Shown: piece after piece, positions 50,200 to 62,100 of the stretch
Numbering within the stretch: the stretch's first letter is position 1
Layout of the letters: every line of letters begins with the position of its first letter
Source of the DNA: Eledone cirrhosa
Taxonomy: Eukaryota
Direction: 5' to 3'
DNA length: 64,000 bases
Assembly: GCA_964016885.1 (NCBI GenBank)
Contig: OZ024759.1
Span: 2,542,001 to 2,606,000 of the forward strand
Notes under the pieces: model-generated
Database searches by the model: none
What the model saw: only the letters and a program-made list of their open reading frames with translations
What the model was told of the DNA's origin: nothing
Translations under genes and position numbers: made by a program

Positions 50200-53100
50200 A
50201 TGTTTCTCCCTCCTCACTAGTTGAGGTAACAAAGAGGTCAAAGTTCTGTTTCACACATGTTTCTCCTTCCTTACCATTTGAGGTAACAAAGAGGTTAGAG
50301 TTTTGTTTCACCCATGTTCTCCCTCCTCACTAGTTGAGGTAACAAAGAGGTTAGAGTTCTGTTTCACCCATGTTGCTACCTCCTCACTATTTGAGGTAAC
50401 AAAAAGGTTAAAGTTCTGTTTCACCCATGTTTCTACCTCCTGACTATTTGAGGTAACAAAGAGGTTGAAGTTCTGTTTCACCCAAGTTTCTACCTTCCTC
50501 ACTATTTGAGGTAACAAAGAGGTTAAAGTTCTGTTTCACCCATGTTTCTCCCTCCTCACTAGTTGAGGTAACAAAGAGGTTAAAGTTCTGTTTCACCCAT
50601 GTTTCTCCCTCCTCACTAGTTGAGGTAACAAAGAGGTTAAAGTTGTGTTTCACCCATGGACCTAGCTCCTGACTAGTTGAGGTAACAAAGAGGTTAAAGT
50701 TCTGTTTCACCCATGTTTCTACCTCCTCACTAGTTGAGGTAACAAAGAGCTTAGAGTTCTGTTTCACCCATGTTTCTACCTCCTCACTATTTGAGGTAAC
50801 AAAGAGGTTAAAGTTCTGTTTCACCCATGTTTCTACCTCCTCACTATTTGAGGTAACAAAGGGGTTAAAGTTCTGTTTCACCCATGTTTCTCGCCCCACA
50901 CTAGTTGAGGTAACAAAGAGGTTAAAGTTCTGTTCCACCCATGTTTCTCTCCCCTCACTAGTTGAGGTAACAAAGAGGTTAAAGTTCAGTTTCACCCATG
51001 TTTCTACCTCCTCACTACTTGAGGTAACAAAGAGGTTAAAGTTCTGTTTCGCCCATGTTTCTACCTCCTCACTATTTGAGGTAACAAAGGGGTTAAAGTT
51101 CAGTTTCACCCATGTTTCTACCCCCTCACTAGTTGAGGTAACAAAGAGGTTAGAGTTCTGTTTCACCCATGTTCCCCCTCCTAACTAGTTGAGGTAACAA
51201 ATAGGTTAAAGTTCTGTTTCACCCATGTTTCTCCCCCCTCACTAGTTGAGGTAACAAAGGGGTTAAAGTTCTGTTTCACCCAGTTTCCCCCTCCTCACTA
51301 GTTGAGGTAACAAAGAGGTTAAAGTTCTGTTTCCCCCATGTTTCTCGCTCCTCACTAGTTGAGGTAACAAAGAGGTTAAAGTTCTGTTTCACCCATGTTT
51401 CTCCCTCCTCACTAGTTGAGGTAACAAAGAGGTTAGAGTTCTGTTTCACCCATGTTACTACCTCCTCACTAGTTGAGGTAACAAAGAGGTTAAAGTTCTG
51501 TTTCACCCATGTTTCTACCTTCCTCACTAGTTGAGGTAACAAAGAGGTTAAGTTCTGTTTCACCCATGTTTCTACCTCCTCAATAGTTGAGGTAACAAAG
51601 AGGTTAAAGTTCTGTTTCACCCATGTTCTCCCTCCTCATTAGTTGAGGTAACAAAGAGGTTAAAGTTCTGTTTCACCCATGTTCCTACCTCCTAACTAGT
51701 TGAGGTAACAAAGAGGTTAGAGTTCTGTTTCACCCATGTTTCTCCCTCCTCACTAGTTGAGGTAACAAAGAGGTTAAAGTTCTGTTTCACCCATGTTTCT
51801 ACCTCCTCACTACTTGAGGTAACAAAGAGGTTAAAGTTCTGTTTCACCCATGTTTCTCCATCCTCACTACTTGAGGTAACCAAGAGGTTAAAGTTCTATT
51901 TCACCCATGTTTCTCCTTCCTTACTACTTGAGGTAACAAAGAGGTTAAAGTTCTGTTTCATCCATGTATCTCCCTCTTTACTAGTTGAGGTAACAAAGAG
52001 GTTAAAGTTCTGTTTCACCCATGTTTCTCCCTCCTCATTAGTTGAGGTAACAAAGAAGTTAAAGTTCTGTTTCACCCATGTTTCTATCTCCTCACTAGTT
52101 GAGGTAACAAAGAGGTTAAAGTTCTGTTTCACCCATGTTTCTCCTCCTCACTAGTTGAGGTAACAAAGAGGTTAAAGTTCTCTTTCACCCATGTTTCTCC
52201 TTCCTTACTAGTTGAGGTAACAAAGAGGTTAGAATTCTGTTTTACCCATGTTTCTACCTCCTCATTATTTGAGGTAACAAAGAGGTTAAAGTTCTGTTTC
52301 ACCCATGTTTCTCCCTCCTCACTATTAGAGGTAACAAAGAGGTTATAGTTCTGTTTCACCCATGTTTCTACCTCCTCACTAGTTGAGGTAACAAAGAGGT
52401 TAGAGTTCTGTTTCACCCATGTTTCTACCTCCTCACTATTTGAGGTAACAAAGAAGTTAAAGTTCTGTTTCACCCATGTTCTCCCTCCTCACTAGTTGAG
52501 GTAACAAAGAGGTTAGAGTTCTGTTTCACCCATGTTTCTACCTCCTTATAAGTTGAGGTAACAAAGAGGCTAAAGTTCTGTTTCACCCATGTTTCTACCT
52601 CCTCACTAGTTGAGGTAACAAAGAGGTTAAAGTTCTGTTTCACCCATGTTTCTCCCCCCACACTAGTTGAGGTAACAAAGAGGTTAAAGTTCTGTTCCAC
52701 CCATGTTTCTCCCCCGTCACTAGTTGAGGTAACAAAGAGGTTAAAGTTCAGTTTCACCCATGTTTCTCCCTCCTCACTAGTTGAGGTAACAAAGAGGTTA
52801 AAGTTCTGTTTCGCCCATGTTTCTACCTCCTCACTATTTGAGGTAACAAAGGGGTTAAAGTTCAGTTTCACCCATGTTTCTCCCCCCTCACTAGTTGAGG
52901 TAACAAAGGGGTTAAAGTTCTGTTTCACCCATGTTCCCCCTCCTAACTAGTTGAGGTAACAAATAGGTTAAAGTTCTGTTTCACCCATGTTTCTCCCTCC
53001 TCACTAGTTGAGGTAACAAAGAGGTTAAAGTTCTGTTTCACCCTTGTTTCTACCTCCTCTCTAGTTGAGGTAACAAATAGGTTAAAGTTCTGTTTCACTC

Positions 53101-56100
53101 ATGTTTCTCCCCCCTCACTAGTTGAGGTAACAAAGAGGTTAAAGTTCTGTTTCACCCTTGTTTCTACCTCCTCTCTAGTTGAGGTAACAAAGAGGTTAAA
53201 GTTCTGTTTCACCCATGTTTCTCCCTCCTCACTAGTTGAGGTAACAAAGAGGTTAGAGTTCTGTTTCACCCATGTTTCTACCTCCTCACTAGTTGAGGTA
53301 ACAAAGAGGTTAAAGTTCTGTTTAACCCATGTTTCTACCTTCCTCACTAGTTGAGGTAACAAAGAGGTTAAAGTTCTGTTTCACCCATGTTTCTCCCTCC
53401 TCAATAGTTGAGGTAACAAAGAGGTTAAAGTTCTGTTTAACCCATGTTTCTACCTTCCTCACTAGTTGAGGTAACAAAGAGGTTAAAGTTCTGTTTCACC
53501 CATGTTTCTCCCTCCTCAATAGTTGAGGTAACAAAGAGGTTAAAGTTCTGTTTCACCCATGACTCTTCCTCCTCACTAGTTGAGGTAACAAAGAGGTTAA
53601 AGTTCTGTTTCACCCATGTTCCTACCTCCTAACTAGTTGAGGTAACAAAGAGTTTAAAGTTCAGTTTCACCCATGTTTCTACCTGCTCACTAGGTGAGGT
53701 AACAAAGAGGTTAAAGTTCTGTTTCACCCATGTTTCTCCCTCCTCACTAGTTGAGGTAACAAAGAGGTTAAAGTTCTGTTTCACCCATGTTCCTACCTCC
53801 TAACTAGTTGAGGTAACAAAGAGTTTAAAGTTCAGTTTCACCCATGTTTCTACCTGCTCACTAGGTGAGGTAACAAAGAGGTTAAAGTTCTGTTTCACCC
53901 ATGTTTCTCCCTCCTCACTAGTTGAGGTAACAAGAGGTTAAAGTTCTGTTTCACCCATGTTTCTCCATCCTCACTACTTGAGGTAACCAAGATGTTAAAG
54001 TTCTATTTCACCCATGTTTCTCCTTCCTTACTACTTGAGGTAACAAAGAGGTTAAAGTTCTGTTTCACACATGTATCTCCCTCTTTACTAGTTGAGGTAA
54101 CAAAGAGGTTAAAGTTCTGTTTCACCCATGTTTCTACCTCCTCATTATTTGAGGTAACAAAGAGGTTAAAGTTCTGTTTCACCCATGTTTCTACCTCCTT
54201 CAATAGTTGAGGTAACAAAGAGGTTAAAGTTCTGTTTCACCCATGACTCTTCCTCCTCACTAGTTGAGGTAACAAAGAGGTTAAAGTTCTGTTTCACCCA
54301 TGTTTCTCCCTCCTCATTAGTTGAGGTAACAAAGAGGTTAAAGTTCTGTTTCCCCCATGTTTCTCCCTCCTCACTAGTTGAGGTAACAAAAAGGTTAAAG
54401 TTCAGTTTCACCCATGTTTCTACCTGCTCACTAGGTGAGGTAACAAAGAGGTTAAAGTTCTGTTTCACCCATGTTCTCCCTCCTCACTAGTTGAGGTAAC
54501 AAAGAGGTTAAAGTTCTGTTTCACCCATGTTTCTCCATCCTCACTACTTGAGGTAACCAAGAGGTTAAACTTCTATTTCACCCATGTTTCTCCTTCCTTA
54601 CTACTTGAGGTAACAAAGAGGTTAAAGCTCTTTTTCACCCATGTATCTCCCTCTTTACTAGTTGAGGTAACAAAGAGCTTAAAGTTCTGTTTCACCCATG
54701 TTTCTCCCTCCTCACTAGTTGAGGTAACAAAGAGGTTAAAGTTCTGTTTCACCCATGTTTCTATCTCCTCACTAGTTGAGGTAACAAAGAGGTTAAAGTT
54801 CTGTTTCACCCATGTTTCTCCTCCTCACTAGTTGAGGTAACAACGAGGTTAAAGTTCTGTTTCACCCATGTTTCTCCTTCCTTACTAGTTGAGGTAACAA
54901 AGAGGTTAAAGTTCTGTTTCACCCAAGTTTCTACATTCCTCACTAGTTGAGGTAACAAAGAGGTTAGAATTCTGTTTCACCCATGTTTCTACCTCCTCAC
55001 TATTTGAGGTAACAAAGAAGTTAAAGTTCTGTTTAACCCATGTTTCTACCTCCTCATTATTTGAGGTAACAAAGAGGTTAAAGTTCTGTTTCACCCATGT
55101 TTCTCCCTCCTCATTATTAGAGGTAACAAAGAGGTTACAGTTCTGTTTCACCCATGTTTCTACCTCCTCACTAGTTGAGGTAACAAAGAGGTTAGAGTTC
55201 TGTTTAACCCATGTTTCTACCTCCTCACTATTTGAGGTAACAAAGAAGTTAAAGTTCTGTTTCACCCATGTTTCTCCCTCCTCACTAGTTGAGGTAACAA
55301 AGAGGTTAGAGTTCTGTTTCACCCATGTTTCTACCTCTTTATAAGGTGAGGTAACAAAGAGGCTAAAGTTCTGTTTCACCCATGTTTCTACCTCCTCACT
55401 AGTTGAGGTAACAAAGAGGTTAAAGTTCTGTTTAACCCATGTTTCTACCTTCCTCACTAATTGAGGTAACAAAGAGGTTAAAGTTCTGTTTCACCCATGT
55501 TTCTACCTCCTCAATAGTTGAAGTAACAAAGAGGTTAAAGTTCTGTTTCACCCATGTTTCTGCCTCCTCACTAGTTGAGTTAACAAAGAGGTTAAAGTTC
55601 TGTTTCACCCATGTTTCTCCCTCCTCGCTAGTTGAGGTAAAAAAGAGGTTAAAGTTCTGTTTCACCCATGTTTCTACCTCCTCACTAGTTGAGATTACAA
55701 AGAGGTTAAAGTTCTGTTTCATCCATGTTTCTACCTCCTCACTAGTTGAGGTAACAAAGAGGTTAAACTTCTGTTTAACCCACGTTTCTACCTTCCTCAC
55801 TAGTTGAGGTAACAAAGAGGTTAAAGTTCTGTTTCACCCATGTTTCTACCTCCTCAATATTTGAGGTAACAAAGAGGTTAAAGTTCTGTTTCACCCATGT
55901 TTCTACCTCCTCACTAGTTGAGTTAACAAAGAGGTTAAAGTTCTGTTTCACCCATGTTTCTCCCTCCTCGCTAGTTGAGGTAAAAAAGAGGTTAAAGTTC
56001 TGTTTCACCCATGTTTCTCCCCCCTCACTAGTTGAGGTAACAAAGAGGTTAAAGTTCTGTTTCACCCATGTTTCTCCCCCTCACTAGTTGAGGTAACAAA

Positions 56101-59100
56101 GAGGTTAAAGTTCAGTTTCGCCCATGTTTCTCCCTCCTCACTAGTTGAGGTAACAAAGAGGTTAAAGTTCTGTTTCACCCATGTTTCTCCCCCTCACTAG
56201 TTGAGGTAACAAAGAGGTTAAAGATCTGTTTCACGCATGTTTCTCCCCCCTCACTAGTTGAGGTAACAAAGAGGTTAAAGTTCTGTTTCACCCATGTTTC
56301 TACCTCCTCACTAGTTGAGGTAACAAAGAGGTTAAAGTTCTGTTTCACCCATGTTTCAACCTCCTCATTATTTGAGGTAACAAAGAGGTTAAAGTTCTGT
56401 TTCACCCATGTTTCTCCCTCCTCACTATTAGAGGTAACAAAGAGGTTAAAGTTCTGTTTCACCCATGTTTCTACCTCCTCACTAGTTGAGGTAACAAAGA
56501 GGTTAGAGTTCTGTTTCACCCCTGTTTCTACCTCCTCACTATTTGAGGTAACAAAGAAGTTAAAGTTCAGTTTCACCATTGTTTCTCCCTCCTCACTAGT
56601 TGAGGTAACAAAGAGGTTAGAGTTCTGTTTCACCCATGTTTCTACATCCTTATAAGTTGAGGTAACAAAGAGGTTAAAGTTCTGTTTCACCCATGTTTCT
56701 ACCTCCTCACTAGTTGAGGTAACAAAGAGGTTAAAGCCCTGTTTCACCCATGTTTCTACCTCCTCACTAGTTGAGATTACAAAGAGGTTAAAGTTCTGTT
56801 TCATCCATGTTTCTACCTCCTCACTAGTTGAGGTAACAAAGAGGTTAAAGTTCTGTTTCACCCATGCTTCTCCCTCCTCATTAGTTGAGGTAACAAAGAG
56901 GTTAAAGTTCTGTTTCACCCATGTTTCTACCTCCTCACTAGTTGAGGTAACAAAGAGGTTAGAGTTCTGTTTCACCCATGTTTCTACATCCTTATAAGTT
57001 GAGGTAACAAGAGGTTAAAGTTCTGTTTCACCCATGTTTCTACCTCCTCACTAGTTGCGGTAACAAAGAGGTTAAAGTTCTGTTTAACCCATGTTTCTAC
57101 CTTCCTCACTAGTTGAGGTAACAAAGAGGTTAAAGTTCTGTTTCACCCATGTTTCTACCTCCTCAATAGTTGAGGTAACAAAGAGGTTAAAGTTCTGTTT
57201 CACCCATGTTACTACCTCCTCACTAGTTGAGGTAACAAACAGGTTAAAGTCCTGTTTCACCCATGTTTCTACCTCCTCACTAGTTGAGATTACAAAGAGG
57301 TTAAAGTTCTGTTTCATCCATGTTTCTACCTCCTCACTAGTTGAGGTAACAAAGAGGTTAAAGTTCTGTTTCACCCATGTTTCTACCTCCTCACTAGTTG
57401 AGGTAACAAAGAGGTTAAACTTCTGTTTAACCCACGTTTCTACCTTCCTCACTAGTTGAGGTAACAAAGAGGTTAAAGTTCTGTTTCAGCCATGTTTCTA
57501 CCTCCTCAATAGTTGAGGTAACAAAGAGGTTAAAGTTCTGTTTCACCCATGTTTCTACCTCCTCACTAGTTGAGGTAACAAAGAGGTTAAAGTTCTGTTT
57601 CACCCATATTTCTATCTCCTCTCTAGTTGAGGTAACAAAGAGGTTAAAGTTCTGTTTCACCCATGTTTCTCCCTCCTCACTAGTTGAGGTAACAAAGAGG
57701 TTAAAGTTCTGTTTCACCCATGTTTCTACCTCCTCACTAGTTGAGGTAACAAAGAGGTTAGAATTCTGTTTAACCCACGTTTCTACCTTCCTCACTAGTT
57801 GAGGTAACAAAGAGGTTAAAGTTCTGTTTCAGCCATGTTTCTACCTCCTCAATAGTTGAGGTAACAAAGAGGTTAAAGTTCTGTTTCACCCATGTTTCTA
57901 CCTCCTCACTAGTTGAGGTAACAAAGAGGTTAAAGTTCTGTTTCACCCATGTTTCTACCTCCTCACTATTTGAGGTAACAAAGAGGTTAAAGTTCTGTTT
58001 CACCCATGTTTCTCCCTCCTCGCTAGTTGAGGTAACAAAGAGGTTAAAGTTCTGTTTCACCCATCTTTCTCCCCCCTCACTAGTTGAGGTAACAAAGAGG
58101 TTATAGTTCTGTTCCACCCATGTTTCTCCCCCCTCACTAGTTGAGGTAACAAAGAGGTTAAAGTTCAGTTCACCCATGTTTCTCCCTCCTCACTATTAGA
58201 GGTAACAAAGAGGTTAAAGTTCTGTTTCACCCATGTTACTACCTCCTCACTAGTTGAGGTAACAAAGAGGTTAAAGTTCTGTTTCACCCATATTTCTACC
58301 TCCTCACTAGTTGAGGTAACAAAGAGGTTAAAGTCCTGTTTCACCCATGTTTCTACCTCCTCAATAGTTGAGATTACAAAGAGGTTAAAGTTCTGTTTCA
58401 CCCATGTTTCTCCATCCTCACTAGTTGAGGTAACAAAGAGGTTAAAGTTCTGTTTCACCCATGTTTCTCCATACTCACTAGTTGAGGTAACAAAGAGGGT
58501 AAAGTTCTATTTCACCCATGTTTCTCCTTCCTTACTATTTGAGGTAACAAAGAGGTTAAAGTTCTGTTTCACCCATGTATCTCCCTCTTTATTAGTTGAG
58601 GTAACACAGAGGTTAAAGTTCTGTTTCACCCATGTTTCTCCCTCCTCACTAGTTGAGGTAACAAAGACGTTAAAGTTCTGTTTCACCCATGTTTCTACCT
58701 CCTCACTAGTTGAGGTAACAAATAGGTTAAAGTTCTGTTTCACCCATGTTTCTTCCTCCTCATTAGTTGAGGTAACAAAGAGGTTAAAGTTCTGTTTCAA
58801 CCATGTTTCTACCACCTCACTAGTTGAGGTAACAAAGAGGTTAAAGTTCTGTTTCACCCATGTTTCTCCTCCTCACTAGTTGAGGTAACAAAGAGGTTAA
58901 AGTTCTGTTTCACCCATGTTTCTCCTTCCTTACTAGTTGAGGTAATAAAGAGGTTAAAGTTCTGTTTCACCCAAGTTTCTACCTTCCTCACTAGTTGAGG
59001 TAACAAAGAGGTTAGAGTTCTGTTTCACCCATATTTCTACCTCCTCACTATTTGAGGTAACAAAGAAGTTAAAGTTCTGTTTCACCCATGTTTCAACCTC

Positions 59101-62100
59101 CTCATTATTTGAGGTAACAAAGAGGATAAAGTTCTGTTTCACCCATGTTTCTCCCTCCTCACTATTAGAGGTAACAAAGAGGTTAAAGTTCTGTTTCACC
59201 GATGGTTCTACCTCCTCACTAGTTGAGGTAACAAAGAGGTTAGAGTTCTGTTTCAGCCCTGTTTCTACCTCCTCACTATTTGAGGTAACAAAGAAATTAA
59301 AGTTCAGTTTCACCCATGTTTCTCCCTCCTCACTAGTTGAGGTAACAAAGAGGTTAGAGTTCTGTTTCACCCATGTTTCTACATCCTTATAAGTTGAGGT
59401 AACAAAGAGGTTAAAGTTCTGTTTCACCCATGTTTCTACCTCCTCACTAGTTGAGGTAACAAAGAGGTTAAAGTTCTGTTTAACCCATGTTTCTAGCTTC
59501 CTCACTAGGTGAGGTAACAAAGAGGTTAAAGTTCTGTTTCACCCATGTTTCTACCCCCTCAATAGTTGAGGTAACAAAGAGGTTAAAGTTCTGTTTCACT
59601 CATATTTCTACCTCCTCACTAGTTGAGGTAACAAAGAGGTTAAAGTTCTGTTTCACCCATGTTCCTCCCTCCTCTCTAGTTGAGGTAACAAAGAGGTTAA
59701 AGTTCTGTTTCACCCATGTTTCTACCTCCTCACTATTTGAGGTAACAAAGAGGTTAAAGTTCTGTTTCACCCATGTTTCTCCCTCCTCGCTAGTTGAGGT
59801 AACAAAGAGGTTAAAGTTCTGTTTCACCCATCTTTCTCCCTCCTCATTAGTTGAGGTAACAAAGAGGTTAAAGTTCTGTTTCACCCATGTTTCTACCTCC
59901 TCACTAGTTGAGGTAACAAAGAGGTTAGAGTTCTGTTTCACCCATGTTTCTACATCCTTATAAGTTGAGGTAACAAGAGGTTAAAGTTCTGTTTCACCCA
60001 TGTTTCTACCTCCTCACTAGTTGCGGTAACAAAGAGGTTAAAGTTCTGTTTAACCCATGTTTCTACCTTCCTCACTAGTTGAGGTAACAAAGAGGTTAAA
60101 GTTCTGTTTCACCCATGTTTCTACCTCCTCAATAGTTGAGGTAACAAAGAGGTTAAAGTTCTGTTTCACCCATGTTACTACCTCCTCACTAGTTGAGGTA
60201 ACAAAGAGGTTAAACTTCTGTTTAACCCACGTTTCTACCTTCCTCACTAGTTGAGGTAACAAAGAGGTTAAAGTTCTGTTTCAGCCATGTTTCTACCTCC
60301 TCAATAGTTGAGGTAACAAAGAGGTTAAAGTTCTGTTTCACCCATGTTTCTACCTCCTCACTAGTTGAGGTAACAAAGAGGTTAAAGTTCTGTTTCACCC
60401 ATATTTCTATCTCCTCACTAGTTGAGGTAACAAAGAGGTTAAAGTTCTGTTTCACCCATGTTCCTCCCTCCTCTCTAGTTGAGGTAACAAAGAGGTTAAA
60501 GTTCTGTTTCACCCATGTTTCTCCCTCCTCACTAGTTGAGGTAACAAAGAGGTTAAAGTTCTGTTTCACCCATGTTTCTACCTCCTCACTAGTTGAGGTA
60601 ACAAAGAGGTTAGAATTCTGTTTAACCCACGTTTCTACCTTCCTCACTAGTTGAGGTAACAAAGAGGTTAAAGTCCTGTTTCACCCATGTTTCTACCTCC
60701 TCAATAGTTGAGATTACAAAGAGGTTAAAGTTCTGTTTCATCCATGTTTCTACCTCCTCACTAGTTGAGGTAACAAAGAGGTTAAAGTTCTGTTTCACCC
60801 ATGTTTCTACCTCCTCACTAGTTGAGGTAACAAAGAGGTTAAACTTCTGTTTAACCCACGTTTCTACCTTCCTCACTAGTTGAGGTAACAAAGGTTAAAG
60901 TTCTGTTTCAGCCATGTTTCTACCTCCTCAATAGTTGAGGTAACAAAGAGGTTAAAGTTCTGTTTCACCCATGTTTCTACCTCCTCACTAGTTGAGGTAA
61001 CAAAGAGGTTAAAGTTCTGTTTCACCCATATTTCTACCTCCTCACTAGTTGAGGTAACAAAGAGGTTAAAGTTCTGTTTCACCCATGTTCCTCCCTCCTC
61101 TCTAGTTGAGGTAACAAAGAGGTTAAAGGTCTGTTTCACCCATGTTTCTCCCTCCTCACTAGTTGAGGTAACAAAGAGGTTAAAGTTCTGTTTCACCCAT
61201 ATTTCTACCTCCTCACTAGTTGAGGTAACAAAGAGGTTAAAGTCCTGTTTCACCCATGTTTCTACCTCCTCACTAGTTGAGATTACAAAGAGGATAAAGT
61301 TCTGTTTCATCCATGTTTCTACCTCCTTACTAGCTGAGGTAACAAAGAGGTTAAAGTTCTGTTTCACCCATGTTTCTACCCCCTCAATAGTTGAGGTAAC
61401 AAAGAGGTTAAAGTTCTGTTTCACCCATGTTTCTCCATACTCACTAGTTGAGGTAACAAAGAGGGTAAAGTTCTATTTCACCCATGTTTCTCCTTCCTTA
61501 CTATTTGAGGTAACAAAGAGGTTAAAGTTCTGTTTCACCCATGTATCTCCCTCTTTATTAGTTGAGGTAACACAGAGGTTAAAGTTCTGTTTCACCCATG
61601 TTTCTCCCTCCTCACTAGTTGAGGTAACAAAGACGTTAAAGTTCTGTTTCAGCCATGTTTCTACCTCCTCACTAGTTGAGGTAACAAATAGGTTAAAGTT
61701 CTGTTTCACCCATGTTTCTTCCTCCTCATTAGTTGAGGTAACAAAGAGGTTAAAGTTCTGTTTCAACCATGTTTCTACCTCCTCACTAGTTGAGGTAACA
61801 AAGAGGTTAAAGTTCTGTTTCACCCATGTTTCTCCTCCTCACTAGTTGAGGTAACAAAGAGGTTAAAGTTCTGTTTCACCCATGTTTCTCCTTCCTTACT
61901 AGTTGAGGTAACAAAGAGGTTAAAGTTCTGTTTCACCCAAGTTTCTACCTTCCTCACTAGTTGAGGTAACAAAGAGGTTAGAGTTCTGTTTCACCCATAT
62001 TTCTACCTCCTCACTATTTGAGGTAACAAAGAAGTTAAAGTTCTGTTTCACCCATGTTTCAACCTCCTCATTATTTGAGGTAACAAAGAGGATAAAGTTC

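Larger units (their letters stand above)
3180..50200. repeat. Homogenised higher-order-repeat (HOR) domain built from near-identical multi-monomer blocks
   Basis: The same ordered strings of variant monomers (e.g. GGACCTAGCTCCTGA, GACTCTTCC, CCTTACAAG, GTAACCAAG...TTCTAT, TTCATCCATGTATC, the 11-bp deletion) recur almost base for base. Identical pseudo-ORF translations recur at fixed offsets. Confidence 0.92.
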
